From: Flavobacteriales bacterium
GTDB lineage: Bacteria > Bacteroidota > Bacteroidia > Flavobacteriales_F > PHOS-HE28
Direction of reading: 5' to 3'
Length of the DNA: 64,000 nt
NCBI GenBank assembly: GCA_016787985.1
Contig: JAEUTC010000219.1
Span: forward strand, 1,284-65,283
In this document: positions 18,678 through 28,974 of the stretch, piece after piece
Layout: the number at the start of each line of letters is the position of its first letter
Position numbering within the stretch: the stretch's first letter is position 1
Translations under genes and position numbers: made by a program
Notes under the pieces: generated by a model
Told to the model about the DNA's origin: nothing
Database searches by the model: none
The model's input: only the letters and a program-made list of their open reading frames with translations

Positions 18678-19589
18678 ATGGTCGCTCCGCTGGGTATTGT
18701 GCTCACCTTCCAAGGCCACAAGGGCGCCATCTATTCGCTTAGCCAAGGGTTGGAACAGGGGACATTCCTCAGCGCCGGTGGTGATGGGATCGTGGTGCGT
18801 TGGCGGATGGATGCTCCCAACGATGGCGCTGGCCTCGTGAATGTGGGTGAGCCTGTCTTCAGCATCCGATCGATCAAGGAACATTCCCTCTTGTTGATCG
18901 GAACGGGTACAGGTCGCTTGTTGGTGGTGGACCTCAAGAGCCGTCATGAAGTGCAAGCATTCAGTGCGCATACCAAGGGCATCTTCCGGATCACGCCGCT
19001 TGACGATCGCTCACTAGCCTGTGCGGGGGGCGACGGCACATTAAGCATCTGGCATATGACCGATGATCGTTCCTCCCCATTGAAGCTTTTTCGGCAGGTA
19101 CCCTTGTGTGAAGAGAAACTGCGCGATATCGTTCTTTCTTCCGACCACCAGCGGATGATCGTAGCCTGTGGTGATGGGTCGTTACGTGAATTGGACCTAC
19201 CCCAATTGAACGAACGTCAGCGTTTCGATGGTCATGCGAATGGTGCCAACTGCGCGGCCTTTCACCCTTCCAAACCGGTCTTGGTGAGCGGAGGTAAGGA
19301 CGGACAGGTGAAGGTATGGCACGCCGATGGGCGTCTGGCCTTGGAATGGCCAGCGCACAAAGGCTCGGTCTATGGCATGACTTTCGATCCTTCTGGTCGG
19401 TACCTGGTCACCGCTGGTCGCGATGCCTTGTTGAAGGTCTGGGATGCCAACACGTTGGATGCCGTGGCGCGCTCAACACGGGAGAAGAAGGCCCACACCC
19501 ATTCGATCAATGCCTTGCTTTGGGTCGGTGATGTGCTGCTAACCGCCAGTGATGACAGGCGTGTACAGGGCTGGAGGCTTCCCGATTGA
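18678..19589 (+). CDS. WD40-repeat beta-propeller protein (stand-alone, cytoplasmic)
   Basis: ATG at 18678 (MVAPLGIVLTFQGHKGAIYS). Repeated GH...GGxDGxxxxW units (GGDGIVVRW, GGDGTLSIWH, GGKDGQVKVWH, AGRDALLKVWD, ASDDRRVQGW). No signal peptide. Confidence 0.8.
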   Translation: MVAPLGIVLTFQGHKGAIYSLSQGLEQGTFLSAGGDGIVVRWRMDAPNDGAGLVNVGEPVFSIRSIKEHSLLLIGTGTGRLLVVDLKSRHEVQAFSAHTKGIFRITPLDDRSLACAGGDGTLSIWHMTDDRSSPLKLFRQVPLCEEKLRDIVLSSDHQRMIVACGDGSLRELDLPQLNERQRFDGHANGANCAAFHPSKPVLVSGGKDGQVKVWHADGRLALEWPAHKGSVYGMTFDPSGRYLVTAGRDALLKVWDANTLDAVARSTREKKAHTHSINALLWVGDVLLTASDDRRVQGWRLPD

Positions 19590-19595
19590 TCCGGA

Positions 19596-20579
19596 TCACC
19601 CCCAATTCTTCACGTACCAAGGCACGGCCTTGCGCAAGCCCGCCTTCAGGTCGATCGACGGTGCATAGCCCAGCAGTTCCTTGGCCTTGCTGATGTCGGC
19701 GAGGGAGTCGCGGATATCGCCGGCACGTTCTTCGATGAACTTCATGCCCACCTCCGAGATCGCCGGATCCACAGTAGCCAACTCGCTCTGCAAGGCCTTT
19801 ACCAACTCCACCAAGGTGGTGCGCGCACCGAATGCCACGTTGAACACTTCGCCTACGCACCGTGGGTCAGCTGCGTCCAAGGCCTGAACGATCACCTGCG
19901 CCACGTTGCCCACGTAGGTGAAATCGCGCGATTGCAGGCCATCGCCGTGGATCTGTGGTGGCTGGTGCTTGAGGAAGTTGCGAATGAACTTCGGTATGGC
20001 TGCCGCGTAAGGGCCTTCTGGGTCTTGCCGCTCGCCGAACACGTTGAAGAAACGTAACCCGATGGTGTCGAAACCGTGGAGCCGCGTGTACAGTTGTGCG
20101 TACACCTCGTTCGTCACTTTCGTTACGGCATAAGGCGAAAGCGGGAGACCGATGTTCGGCTCGCGTTTCGGGAGTTCCTTGGAATCCCCATAGACACTCG
20201 AGCTCGATGCATAGACGAAGCGCTTTACCCCTTCGAACCGAGCGGCTTCGAGCATGTGCAGGAACCCGGTCAGGTTGGTCGCATGTGTGGCCAGGGGGTC
20301 TTTAATGGACCGTGGCACCGAGCCCAACGCCGCCAGGTGAACCACGCCTTCCACACCATCCACCGCTCTGGCGCAATCAGCGGCGTTGCGGATGTCGCCC
20401 TCCACGAATTCGAACTCCGGAAGGCCTTCCAAATGCGCGATGTTGTCCTGCTTGCTCGTGGCCAGGTTATCCATGCACCGCACGGTGTGCCCGGCAGCTA
20501 GCAGCGCATTGCAGGCGTGGCTGCCGATGAAACCCGCACCACCGGTCACGAGGATGTGGCGTGGATGGTTGGAGTTCAT
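19596..20579 (-). CDS. NAD-dependent nucleotide-sugar epimerase/dehydratase (WbpP/Cap-like)
   Basis: ATG at 20579 (MNSNHPRHILVTGGAGFIGSH). SDR catalytic YAVTK and the extended-SDR length. Confidence 0.85.
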   Translation of the reverse strand: MNSNHPRHILVTGGAGFIGSHACNALLAAGHTVRCMDNLATSKQDNIAHLEGLPEFEFVEGDIRNAADCARAVDGVEGVVHLAALGSVPRSIKDPLATHATNLTGFLHMLEAARFEGVKRFVYASSSSVYGDSKELPKREPNIGLPLSPYAVTKVTNEVYAQLYTRLHGFDTIGLRFFNVFGERQDPEGPYAAAIPKFIRNFLKHQPPQIHGDGLQSRDFTYVGNVAQVIVQALDAADPRCVGEVFNVAFGARTTLVELVKALQSELATVDPAISEVGMKFIEERAGDIRDSLADISKAKELLGYAPSIDLKAGLRKAVPWYVKNWG

Positions 20580-20673
20580 GGTCAAGGTTGTGCGCTGCGC
20601 CAATTCCCGCGCCGCGTCAAAAGTAGCGGTGTAGGTCGAAGATGTTCCAGACCTTCCAACAGGATCTCCATGA

Positions 20674-21354
20674 TCAGCCCTTGATCGCGGCGCCATACCA
20701 AATGGTGCGGAGTCTACGAGGGATCAACGGCCGGATCAACGCATCGAAACGGGCGAGCAGGTCACGCTGCCCTTCGGTGCGCCCGAGGTTGGCGATGAAG
20801 CCCGTGGTGCCTTCCTCTAGGCGGTGGAACGGTGCGAACAGGTCGCGGTCGTCCACTGGATCCAAGTAGCGCCAATAGCTGCTCCAACTCACGAACCGGC
20901 GGCGTAACCAACCGTGTAGTGGGCTTCCATGAAGGTTTTCGGCGAAAAGCAGAACTCCCCCAGGTCTCAGAACACGGTGCATTTCACGGATCGCCTGTAG
21001 CTGGAGGTCCTTCGTTCCCAGCGCACCGATCACACTTTTGAAGATGACCAGATCATAGGAAGCTTCGGCGAATGGCAGTGCGGTAGCATCCGCCTGTTGG
21101 TAGTGTATGCGGTCCGCTACTCGGTACTTTACATGAAGAAACCGGGTCTCCGGCGGGAAGTCACGCAGATCGGTGCAGGTCACCTTATGACCTTCACCTG
21201 CCAGCCACAGGCTAAGCCCCCCGCCGCGTTCGCCGATGGCGAGGCACTTGGCGGGCCGGTGCTGCGGTAGGTGCTTCCGCCAGAGCGCCATAGCACTGGA
21301 CCAGCTGCGCACCTCCCATTGGAATATGTCCTTCAGTGGGATGGCGGGGTCCAT
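20674..21354 (-). CDS. Class I SAM-dependent methyltransferase
   Basis: Motif I-like CLAIGERGGGLSLWLAGEGHKVTCTDL and a downstream LRPGGVLLF. Confidence 0.7.
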   Translation of the reverse strand: MDPAIPLKDIFQWEVRSWSSAMALWRKHLPQHRPAKCLAIGERGGGLSLWLAGEGHKVTCTDLRDFPPETRFLHVKYRVADRIHYQQADATALPFAEASYDLVIFKSVIGALGTKDLQLQAIREMHRVLRPGGVLLFAENLHGSPLHGWLRRRFVSWSSYWRYLDPVDDRDLFAPFHRLEEGTTGFIANLGRTEGQRDLLARFDALIRPLIPRRLRTIWYGAAIKG

Positions 21355-21365
21355 GGTGCAAAGAA

Positions 21366-21393
21366 AAGGGGCGACACCGGTGTGTCGCCCCTT
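21366..21393 (-). terminator. Rho-independent terminator of rny
   Basis: On the minus strand AAGGGGCGACAC-ACCG-GTGTCGCCCCTT is followed by TTCTT. It lies 56 nt after the rny stop. Confidence 0.8.
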
Positions 21394-21448
21394 CGGTCTT
21401 CCGATCCGCTGTGTAGGCAGCCTTTCGAGCTATTCCCGCTACACCGTT

Positions 21449-22990
21449 TCACTTCGCCACGGCCACCGAGCGCTTTTCGCGGATCACGGTGATCTTCACC
21501 TGGCCGGGATAGGTCATCTCGTTCATGATGCGGTCGGCGATGCTCAAGCTCATCTCGTCGCTCTGCGCGTCGGTGATGCGTTCGCTCTCCACCATCACCC
21601 GCAGCTCGCGGCCAGCTTGGATCGCGAAGGCCTTGGTGACCCCGTTGTAGCTCATGGCGAGGCTTTCCAAGTCCTTCAACCGTTGGATGTAAGCTTCGGT
21701 GGCTTCGCGACGTGCACCCGGACGCGCACCGCTGATGGCGTCGCAGGCCTGTACGATCGGTGACAACAAGGTGGTCATCTCGATCTCATCGTGGTGGGCA
21801 CCGATCGCGTTGCATACATCGGGCTTCTCGCCGTACTTCTCCGCCAGCTTCATGCCCAATAAGGCGTGCGGCAATTCAGGTTCTTCATCGGGTACCTTGC
21901 CGATGTCGTGCAAGAGTCCCGCCCGCTTGGCCGCTTTGGGATTCAATCCCAATTCGGCGGCCATGATAGCGCTGAGGTTGGCTACTTCACGACTGTGCTG
22001 CAACAGGTTCTGGCCATAGGAACTGCGGTACTTCATGCGGCCCACCATGCGGATGAGTTCACCATGCAGACCATGGATGCCCAGATCGATGCAGGTGCGT
22101 TTGCCTGTTTCGATGATCTCTTCCTCCAAGTGCTTCTTGGTCTTGGCCACGATCTCTTCGATGCGCGCCGGATGGATGCGACCATCCTTGACCAATTGGT
22201 GCAGGGCCAGGCGGGCCACTTCGCGCCGTACGGCGTCGAAACAGCTCAGGATGATGGCCCCAGGCGTATCGTCCACGATGATCTCCACGCCGGTCATCTC
22301 CTCCAGGGTGCGGATGTTGCGGCCTTCACGACCGATGATGCGTCCCTTCACATCGTCGTTCTCGATGTGGAACACGCTCACGCTGTTCTCCACCGCATGT
22401 TCCGTGGCCACCCGCTGGATGGTCTGGATCACGATGCGCTTGGCCTCCTTGTTCGCCGTGAGCTTGGCCTCCTCGGTGATGTCCTTGATGGTGGCCATGG
22501 CCGCCGTGCGGGCCTCGTCCTTCAGGCTCTCCACCAGATGTTTCTTGGCATCCTCGGCGTTCATGCCACTGATGTTCTCAAGCATCTGCACCTGTTTGGA
22601 GTGCATCTTTTCGGTCTCTTCCCGACGTCGCTCCAATCCGGTGAGCTTCTGCTGTAGCTCCTCTTTCAGCTTGTCCACCTGCTTGTCCTTGTTCGCCAGG
22701 TCCTGCTGCTGACGGCTGAGTTGCTGTTCGCGCTGCTTGGCCTTTTCCTGAGCTTGGCTCACGGCACGTTCACGCTCGCGCACCTCCTTCTCGTGCTCTT
22801 CCTTCAGCTGAAGGAACTTCTCCTTGGCTTGAATGATCTTCTCCTTCTTCAGGGCCTCGGCCTGCACTTCAGCCTCCTTGATGATGCCTACGCTGCGCTT
22901 CTTCATCGCCGCGTTCAGTACCATGTAAACGATCGCACCTCCGGCTACCAAGCCAGCGAGGATCCCGATCAAAACGCTCATCATGTCCAT
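21449..22990 (-). CDS. rny: Ribonuclease Y
   Basis: N-terminal TM segment, long charged coiled coil, KH domain ([12 protein letters not shown]) and HD domain (LLHDIGK...GAHH). Confidence 0.95.
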   Translation of the reverse strand: MDMMSVLIGILAGLVAGGAIVYMVLNAAMKKRSVGIIKEAEVQAEALKKEKIIQAKEKFLQLKEEHEKEVRERERAVSQAQEKAKQREQQLSRQQQDLANKDKQVDKLKEELQQKLTGLERRREETEKMHSKQVQMLENISGMNAEDAKKHLVESLKDEARTAAMATIKDITEEAKLTANKEAKRIVIQTIQRVATEHAVENSVSVFHIENDDVKGRIIGREGRNIRTLEEMTGVEIIVDDTPGAIILSCFDAVRREVARLALHQLVKDGRIHPARIEEIVAKTKKHLEEEIIETGKRTCIDLGIHGLHGELIRMVGRMKYRSSYGQNLLQHSREVANLSAIMAAELGLNPKAAKRAGLLHDIGKVPDEEPELPHALLGMKLAEKYGEKPDVCNAIGAHHDEIEMTTLLSPIVQACDAISGARPGARREATEAYIQRLKDLESLAMSYNGVTKAFAIQAGRELRVMVESERITDAQSDEMSLSIADRIMNEMTYPGQVKITVIREKRSVAVAK

Positions 22991-23059
22991 TGTTCCACGT
23001 ATGTTAAGTGGACCATGTCGGCGCCTACGTCAGGGCCCGTTCCGGGGCGAGGGCAACGG

Positions 23060-23341
23060 TCAAACGTGGAGATCGGCGAGCATGCGTTCGATGGCCCCCA
23101 AGGTGGCATCGACATCGGCCTCCTGGCGTGTGGTGCTGCTGTTCAACGCACGCACGGTGACTTCCAGGGCGGCCATCGCTAGTAGGTCCTGCTTGTCGGT
23201 CAACGGGTAGTTGGCCTTCAAACGGGCTATGCTCTCATTGATCTCCTCCACGGCACCACGCACATTCGCTTCCTCCGATGCTTGTATCGTAAGCGGATAT
23301 GCGCGTCCCGCGAGTTCAACTCTGATCGATCGTTCTTCCAT
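23060..23341 (-). CDS. zapA: Cell division protein ZapA
   Basis: 93 aa. IRVELAGRAYPLTI...DLLAMAALEV matches ZapA. It sits directly upstream of rny, as is common. Confidence 0.85.
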   Translation of the reverse strand: MEERSIRVELAGRAYPLTIQASEEANVRGAVEEINESIARLKANYPLTDKQDLLAMAALEVTVRALNSSTTRQEADVDATLGAIERMLADLHV

Positions 23342-23358
23342 GGGTGCGTTCTACCAGG

Positions 23359-23646
23359 CTAAGCTTTCAAAAGGGCTAAGCATTGGTCTATCTCGTTCAC
23401 CAATTCGTCGATCCGTTCCTTCGTTCCCGGATCGGTCGTTCCGCCACCAGCGGACCGCCCTTTCCGTAAGACCTCGTTCTCCCGTTCCAACTCGGTCACG
23501 CGGGCGCGCAACACATCCACCTTCCGGTGTTGGTCGCGCACGTCTGCTTCCAGTTCAGCCGCCTTCGTACGCAATGCCTGGTGCTCCCGTGCCAAACGGG
23601 AGACCTGCTCATGCACTGCCTTCAAGCGGTCGGTCAGCGTGTTCAT
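23359..23646 (-). CDS. Coiled-coil protein of unknown function (ZapB-like position upstream of zapA)
   Basis: 95 aa, heptad-rich (LRTKAAELEADVRDQHRKVDVLRARVTELERENEVLRK). It lies 17 nt upstream of zapA. Confidence 0.65.
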   Translation of the reverse strand: MNTLTDRLKAVHEQVSRLAREHQALRTKAAELEADVRDQHRKVDVLRARVTELERENEVLRKGRSAGGGTTDPGTKERIDELVNEIDQCLALLKA

Positions 23647-23680
23647 CGTGCCGGACTAGAGTCCTAACATGGTCCGAGGT

Positions 23681-23688
23681 CAAAGATA
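23681..23688 (-). promoter_or_regulatory. Candidate -7 box TATCTTTG
   Basis: Exact TAnnTTTG on the minus strand, 34 nt upstream of the ATG at 23646. No clear -33 element. Confidence 0.3.
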
Positions 23689-23824
23689 GGATCACCTCCC
23701 TCTTGAGGACGCCTTTTGTTTGAACGCCAAGGTGTTCATCAGGTGAAGCCACCCTGTTGGAACGTGCTTGGAACACCGGAGTAGCTTGCGCCTCCTTAGC
23801 TCCTTTATCTCCCCTGTCGCCCGA

Positions 23825-25567
23825 ATGACCCTTGTCGACCTCCTCCCGCGCGCACCGTTCAATGCTCTGGTAGCTAGTCTTTTATGTGCTGTGTCGGCTT
23901 CCGCCCAGCAAGCCCCCGTCCGGTTCATCCCGCCCATGGACCACGCCATCGAACTCAGTGGGAACTTCATGGAACCGCGGGGAGACCATTTCCATTCGGG
24001 ACTGGACATCCGCACTCAAGGCAAGGAAGGTCTGCCCGTGAAAGCCGTGGCCGACGGATGGGTCAGCCGCATCAAGATCAGTCCGTGGGGCTACGGGAAG
24101 GCCGTGTACATCGACCACCCCGATGGCCATACCTCCGTGTACGGCCACCTACAAACCCTGAAGGGCACGGTGGCCAAGGCCTGCTTGGACGCACAATACC
24201 GCCAGAAGGACTTCAGCATCGACTTCACCCCGGAAAAGGGTGCCGTGCCCGTAAAACAGGGTGAAGTGATCGCCCTCAGCGGGAATACGGGAGGAAGTGG
24301 TGGACCCCACCTCCATTTCGAACTCCGACGCACCGGTGATCAACACGCCCTCGATCCCGAGGCACTCGGTATCGAGGTGCCGGATCGGATCAAGCCTGAG
24401 ATGATCGGGGTGCGACTGTACCCACTTACGGACAGTTCCCTCGTGGGGCCCTATCCGCCCAAAGCCAAAGGGTTCGCCACCGAAGGCGCCGATGGTCGAT
24501 ACACGTTGAAGGCAGGTACGGTGCCTACCGCCTATGGCACCTTCGGACTCGCCCTGCACACGATCGATCGGTACGATGGCCTCGCGGCGAAGTGTGGCGT
24601 GCGGCGCATCGAACTCTTCGTGGACAGCGTGCCCACCTTCAGCATCGTGTTCGACGAGATCGACTTCAACACTACGCGGTATTGCAACGCTCACATGGAC
24701 TACGCCTTGTTCAAAGGCAGTAAAATGGAATACCACCGGTGCTATAGGCAGCCCAACGACAAGCTCCGGATCTATGGCAAGGAAGAAGCCCAGGGCCGCA
24801 TCGCCATCGCACCGGGACAGCAACGGCACATCCGTTTCAAAGCCACGGATGCCAACGGTAATCTAAGCGAGCTCAGCTTCGTGGTGAAAGGCGCCACCGC
24901 TGCGGAGGCTCGTGGTTGGACACCTACGACCGAACCCATCGGTAGCCTTTTCCGCTACGACACCGAGAACGTGCTGAAGGAAGACGGTGTGTCCCTGACC
25001 TTGCCCGCTTTGGCCCTCTATGATGATACTTACGTGCGCTATGAACGGAAGGCTGCCCCTGCGCGCGCGCTGGCTCCGGTCCATGTGTTGCACGAGCCGC
25101 TCACCCCCCTGCAGATCGGAGGTACGCTGCGCATCGAGGTTCCAGATCTGCCTGAGGCCCTGCATAACAAGGCCTTGGTGGTGCGTATCGATGGCGAGGG
25201 GAAAACCAACGCCGTGGGTGGCAGCACCTATTCCAACGGGGCCGTTTCTGCGAATGTGCGCACCTTCGGTGGCTACACCGTGATGGTGGACACCGTGCCG
25301 CCGGTCATCACCAACGTGGATCTGAAGCCGGACATGAAGGGGCGCTCCCGATTCACCATCAAAGTGAGTGATAACCTGAGCAGTGTGGAGAAGTGGAAGG
25401 CCACCTTGGATGGTGCTTGGGTCTTGATGGAGTACGAACCGAAGACCAAGACACTGATGCACACCTTCGATGAGCACTCCGACAAGCCTGGGAACAAGAC
25501 GTTCGTGCTGGAGGTGACCGATGAGCGCGGCAATACGGCCCGTTTCGAGCAGAAGTTCGGTTATTGA
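23825..25567 (+). CDS. M23 family metallopeptidase
   Basis: ATG at 23825. HFHSGLDIRT ... VYGHL ... GNTGGSGGPHLHFELR are the M23/LytM zinc motifs. A long C-terminal beta-rich extension follows. Confidence 0.85.
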   Translation: MTLVDLLPRAPFNALVASLLCAVSASAQQAPVRFIPPMDHAIELSGNFMEPRGDHFHSGLDIRTQGKEGLPVKAVADGWVSRIKISPWGYGKAVYIDHPDGHTSVYGHLQTLKGTVAKACLDAQYRQKDFSIDFTPEKGAVPVKQGEVIALSGNTGGSGGPHLHFELRRTGDQHALDPEALGIEVPDRIKPEMIGVRLYPLTDSSLVGPYPPKAKGFATEGADGRYTLKAGTVPTAYGTFGLALHTIDRYDGLAAKCGVRRIELFVDSVPTFSIVFDEIDFNTTRYCNAHMDYALFKGSKMEYHRCYRQPNDKLRIYGKEEAQGRIAIAPGQQRHIRFKATDANGNLSELSFVVKGATAAEARGWTPTTEPIGSLFRYDTENVLKEDGVSLTLPALALYDDTYVRYERKAAPARALAPVHVLHEPLTPLQIGGTLRIEVPDLPEALHNKALVVRIDGEGKTNAVGGSTYSNGAVSANVRTFGGYTVMVDTVPPVITNVDLKPDMKGRSRFTIKVSDNLSSVEKWKATLDGAWVLMEYEPKTKTLMHTFDEHSDKPGNKTFVLEVTDERGNTARFEQKFGY

Positions 25568-25644
25568 TCCCTATCGATCCACGTGAGCAGCTTGGTGTGC
25601 GATTCGGCCACTTTAGTGCTGTTCCCGGTACTCCTGAAAGCGAA

Positions 25645-25672
25645 GCGGGGCTCCTCGTGCAAGGAACCCCGC
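25645..25672 (-). terminator. Hairpin between convergent genes
   Basis: gcggggctcc / ggaaccccgc pair at 9 of 10 positions with an 8-nt loop. It lies 21 nt beyond the minus-strand stop at 25693. Confidence 0.5.
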
Positions 25673-25692
25673 TCATGTTGTAGGATGGTGGC

Positions 25693-26703
25693 TTACTCCA
25701 CCACGAAACGACGGAGGCCTTGATCTCCATTACGCGCCGTGATGCGCAAATGGTATACTCCCGATGACAGTGTGCGCACATCGAGCACCTGCCGGTCCAC
25801 CCCGGAAGAGGCACCTCGGTTTTCTTGATGAACGATACGACCCTGCGCGTCCATCACCGTGAAGTCGACGGCCCCTCCTTGGCTGCTGAACAGAACATTC
25901 AACTCATTGGTCGCGGGGACAGGGAACACATCAATGCCGATGCTATTGTCCAGAAGGTCTTGAACGGAAACATCGGCGCCATCGACCCATTGAGTATAGT
26001 TCACCTCCGTGGGGGTGCCGAATGTGGCACTGGTGGTCTGATAGATACCGAGGATCGGACCACGGAAACCCGGTTTATAGAACACGTAGTGGTCGGATGC
26101 GTAAGTGAAATACGGAACGCCGCTCAACACGTCCTCGGAGAACTCGACGACATGGATGCGGATCACGTTCTCGACGGTGCCGAACGGAAGTATCAAGGTG
26201 CCAGTACCATCTGCTTCTCCGTTAATGGTGCCGGTGCGCACGGCGGATTGTCCACCGCTGGTGTAGTTCGACCCGAAATCATCCGTCCATGTCGTGCCGT
26301 AGCTGCACGGGTAGGGGAACAAGGTCTCCGCATTGTTGTAGAACAGCGTGGTACCCGTCTGGCGGGCACCCAGTTGGAAGAAGCCGGTACTTGCACTGTT
26401 GTAGAACACGTACGAACCTGGGATACCAGGTACCGGAAGCGCCACAGTGGAGCCGGGGAAGCTGCTTGACACACCCGTAGATGCCGGTGTGACATAGGTG
26501 AATGAAGTGGCTCCGAGGCTGACCAGATCGGAGTGGTCCCAGGTCTGCGACGTACCCGCATTACCCTGTTCAACATAAGAACCGCGTTGTACGGTGTAAC
26601 TGTCACCTGGAACCGGTGCGGAATTGGCCTGCGTCAAGGTTTGTGCTGGTAGAGCGCCTCGGAGAAGGAAAAATGAAAGGACTAGCGTAACGTTACTTTT
26701 CAT
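25693..26703 (-). CDS. T9SS C-terminal-domain secreted protein, unknown function
   Basis: Signal peptide MKSNVTLVLSFFLLRGALPAQ. The C-terminal ~80 aa (VFPVPATNELNV...GVYHLRITARNG) fit the Por tail. Confidence 0.75.
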   Translation of the reverse strand: MKSNVTLVLSFFLLRGALPAQTLTQANSAPVPGDSYTVQRGSYVEQGNAGTSQTWDHSDLVSLGATSFTYVTPASTGVSSSFPGSTVALPVPGIPGSYVFYNSASTGFFQLGARQTGTTLFYNNAETLFPYPCSYGTTWTDDFGSNYTSGGQSAVRTGTINGEADGTGTLILPFGTVENVIRIHVVEFSEDVLSGVPYFTYASDHYVFYKPGFRGPILGIYQTTSATFGTPTEVNYTQWVDGADVSVQDLLDNSIGIDVFPVPATNELNVLFSSQGGAVDFTVMDAQGRIVHQENRGASSGVDRQVLDVRTLSSGVYHLRITARNGDQGLRRFVVE

Positions 26704-26862
26704 GTGGGTTCGTTTGTAGCCGAATGTACGTTTTCATCCGGGACTGGGATGTCCACAGTCCTTCGCAAGCTTTGATCGTGGATGGTCTGTAGTCACCGTT
26801 ACGATCTAACTAGACCGCATTCTGTCCAATACGTTCGCCTCAAGGCCTACGTTATCACAACC

Positions 26863-27516
26863 ATGCGGAAACGTGCGCTCCTATTCCTGAACTTGGCATT
26901 GGTGGGTGGTACGCTACTGGCCGTATGGGCCTTGGCCCCCACCCCCATCCACCTGCCGAATGACCGCACTGCGTTGTTGCGCGATGGTGATATCGTATTC
27001 CAGCAGACCGGCGGTGAGCAAGGGCGTGCGGTACAATTGGCCACTGGTTCTCCTTGGACACATGTGGGCGTGGTCTTCAGGGAAAAGGATCGTTGGATGG
27101 TATATGAAGCCGTGGGGCCGGTATCGTCCACTCCTTTGGACGAGTGGGCGGCCCATGGCGCCGATGGCCTTTGGGTGGCTAAACGATGGGTGGATGCCGA
27201 AAAGCAGCCGCCGAACAGCTTGCGCTCGGCGTTGAAGAAGGCTGGGGCACGGTTCAACGGTCTCCCTTACGACCTGGAATTCAGATGGGGTGACCAGCGG
27301 ATCTACTGCTCGGAGCTGGTCTGGAAGATGTACGCGGAAGGGCCTGGCGTGCACCTCTGCGAGCCGAAACCGATGCGCGAACATGCGCTGGGTTCAGCAG
27401 CCGTGCAACAGGTGATGAAGGAGCGGTACGGGAGCACGCCACCGCTGGATGAACCGATGATCGCCCCTGGGGCGCTGTTCGACTGTCCGTTGCTGCGAAG
27501 GGTGACCGGGAACTAG
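26863..27516 (+). CDS. YiiX-family permuted papain-like (NlpC/P60 superfamily) protein
   Basis: ATG at 26863. DGDIVFQQTGGEQGRAVQLATGSPWTHVGVVF and YDLEFRWGDQRIYCSELVWKMY are YiiX-like motifs. Confidence 0.7.
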   Translation: MRKRALLFLNLALVGGTLLAVWALAPTPIHLPNDRTALLRDGDIVFQQTGGEQGRAVQLATGSPWTHVGVVFREKDRWMVYEAVGPVSSTPLDEWAAHGADGLWVAKRWVDAEKQPPNSLRSALKKAGARFNGLPYDLEFRWGDQRIYCSELVWKMYAEGPGVHLCEPKPMREHALGSAAVQQVMKERYGSTPPLDEPMIAPGALFDCPLLRRVTGN

Positions 27517-27552
27517 GGAAGGTGTTCCAAGCACCATGGTTAACTTGCCGCC

Positions 27553-27936
27553 ATGTACCGCACTGTGATAGGCGCCTTGGCTTTGGCCCTGTTGATCCCC
27601 GCCTGTAAAAAGGAAGAGGTGAAGGAATACACGGTTTCGTTGAAGGCCACCTGCTACGACTGTATCGTGCAATATGCTTCCGGGCCTGATCGCGGACGTT
27701 TCGATACGCTCTTCGGCGCAGTGAACGGTTCGGACACCTTGCGCACCACACGAAGCTACACCCTGACGATGCGCGAGGAAGAGGCCCTCTTCTTCCGGGC
27801 TTGCCGCTTGAACCCGGATAGTGGACGGTTCGGGGCTCTCGAACTGATGGCCGAAGGGGATATTCAATCGTTGATGGTGGAAGAACCTCAGGAGGCGGAT
27901 TGCGCGGTGATCAACCAGGCCGTCCAATTCCGCTGA
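27553..27936 (+). CDS. Small lipoprotein of unknown function
   Basis: MYRTVIGALALALLIPAC is a lipobox signal. 127 aa with no family recognised. Confidence 0.55.
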   Translation: MYRTVIGALALALLIPACKKEEVKEYTVSLKATCYDCIVQYASGPDRGRFDTLFGAVNGSDTLRTTRSYTLTMREEEALFFRACRLNPDSGRFGALELMAEGDIQSLMVEEPQEADCAVINQAVQFR

Positions 27937-27966
27937 CAGTTCGTGCGCGCGGTCAAGCGACGCTGG

Positions 27967-28974
27967 TCATTCATGATCCCGCCCGTAGCCCTTCTTGTTC
28001 TGTTCGTAGAGCTCTTGCTCGGCTTTTAGAACGGCCTTCAGCGAGTCACTCACCTCTTTCTGCTCAAAGCGCTCCAGATCGGGCTGGCCGGCCACCACCC
28101 AGGCGCTGTACCAGATGTTGCCCAAGGTGAGGATGGAGGCGTTCATCCGTTGTTCCACCATGCCGAGCATGGCCGCTTCGTACGCTTCGGTGAATTCGCG
28201 CGAGTACATCCGCATGGCGCCACGACCACGATCCTCGAACACGTATTTGCGATCCTCTGGGTAGCTCGCGCTCAACCTCCGCTCGATGCCCAGCACGCTG
28301 TCCACCAGCAGGTGGCTGGCGTAGACCGCCTCCCAAGCCACATCCAGCACGCGATCCACATAGGTGGCCCGGCCCACGAGGTGATCATAATTCTCGGCGC
28401 TGAGCTCGGGGATGCGACTCTCCCAGAACGCATGTATGCCGTGCTGGTTGGTGAGCTGTCCGTTGTAGTTCTCGGTGGTGTGCAAGGGAACATGCGCGTC
28501 GCCCACGTAATGCCCGATCTCCGCGCTGTTGCGCAGGATGCGGTCCACATCACCACGTTGGAAAGCGCTCACCAACCGGCCGAACATGACTTCGATGTGC
28601 CACGGCACGATGCCATACGCCTGCAAGGTGTCCTCCGTGAATTTGGCCACGGCGTCGTTCCATTTGCGGGGCATGGTCTCGAACGGATCCACTCCACCAT
28701 GCGCGTAGTGGTCGATGTCGATGTAGTGGCGCTGCGCCTCCCCTTCCACCGCGTACCGTCGCTTATCGGGGTCCACGGCATGGTCGGTGATGAAATCGAT
28801 GTGCCGCTTGTAGAAGCCGAACATCTCGGGCGGCAGGGTGAAGCAGGCCGTTCGGTTGATCCGCTTGTGGCCATAGAAACCCCACGCATAGGCCGATTCC
28901 ACGGCGCGTGAGGGCCAGAACATCACCACCGCTGCGCCAAGCAGTGCGGAAAGCAGGATCACCTTACGGATCAT
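27967..28974 (-). CDS. Zinc-dependent phospholipase C / S1-P1 nuclease-like protein
   Basis: ATG at 28974 overlaps the comB-like stop (ATGA). After the signal segment comes AWGFYGHKRIN..., and His/Asp-rich motifs follow (HYIDIDHY, GDAHVPLHT). Confidence 0.6.
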   Translation of the reverse strand: MIRKVILLSALLGAAVVMFWPSRAVESAYAWGFYGHKRINRTACFTLPPEMFGFYKRHIDFITDHAVDPDKRRYAVEGEAQRHYIDIDHYAHGGVDPFETMPRKWNDAVAKFTEDTLQAYGIVPWHIEVMFGRLVSAFQRGDVDRILRNSAEIGHYVGDAHVPLHTTENYNGQLTNQHGIHAFWESRIPELSAENYDHLVGRATYVDRVLDVAWEAVYASHLLVDSVLGIERRLSASYPEDRKYVFEDRGRGAMRMYSREFTEAYEAAMLGMVEQRMNASILTLGNIWYSAWVVAGQPDLERFEQKEVSDSLKAVLKAEQELYEQNKKGYGRDHE

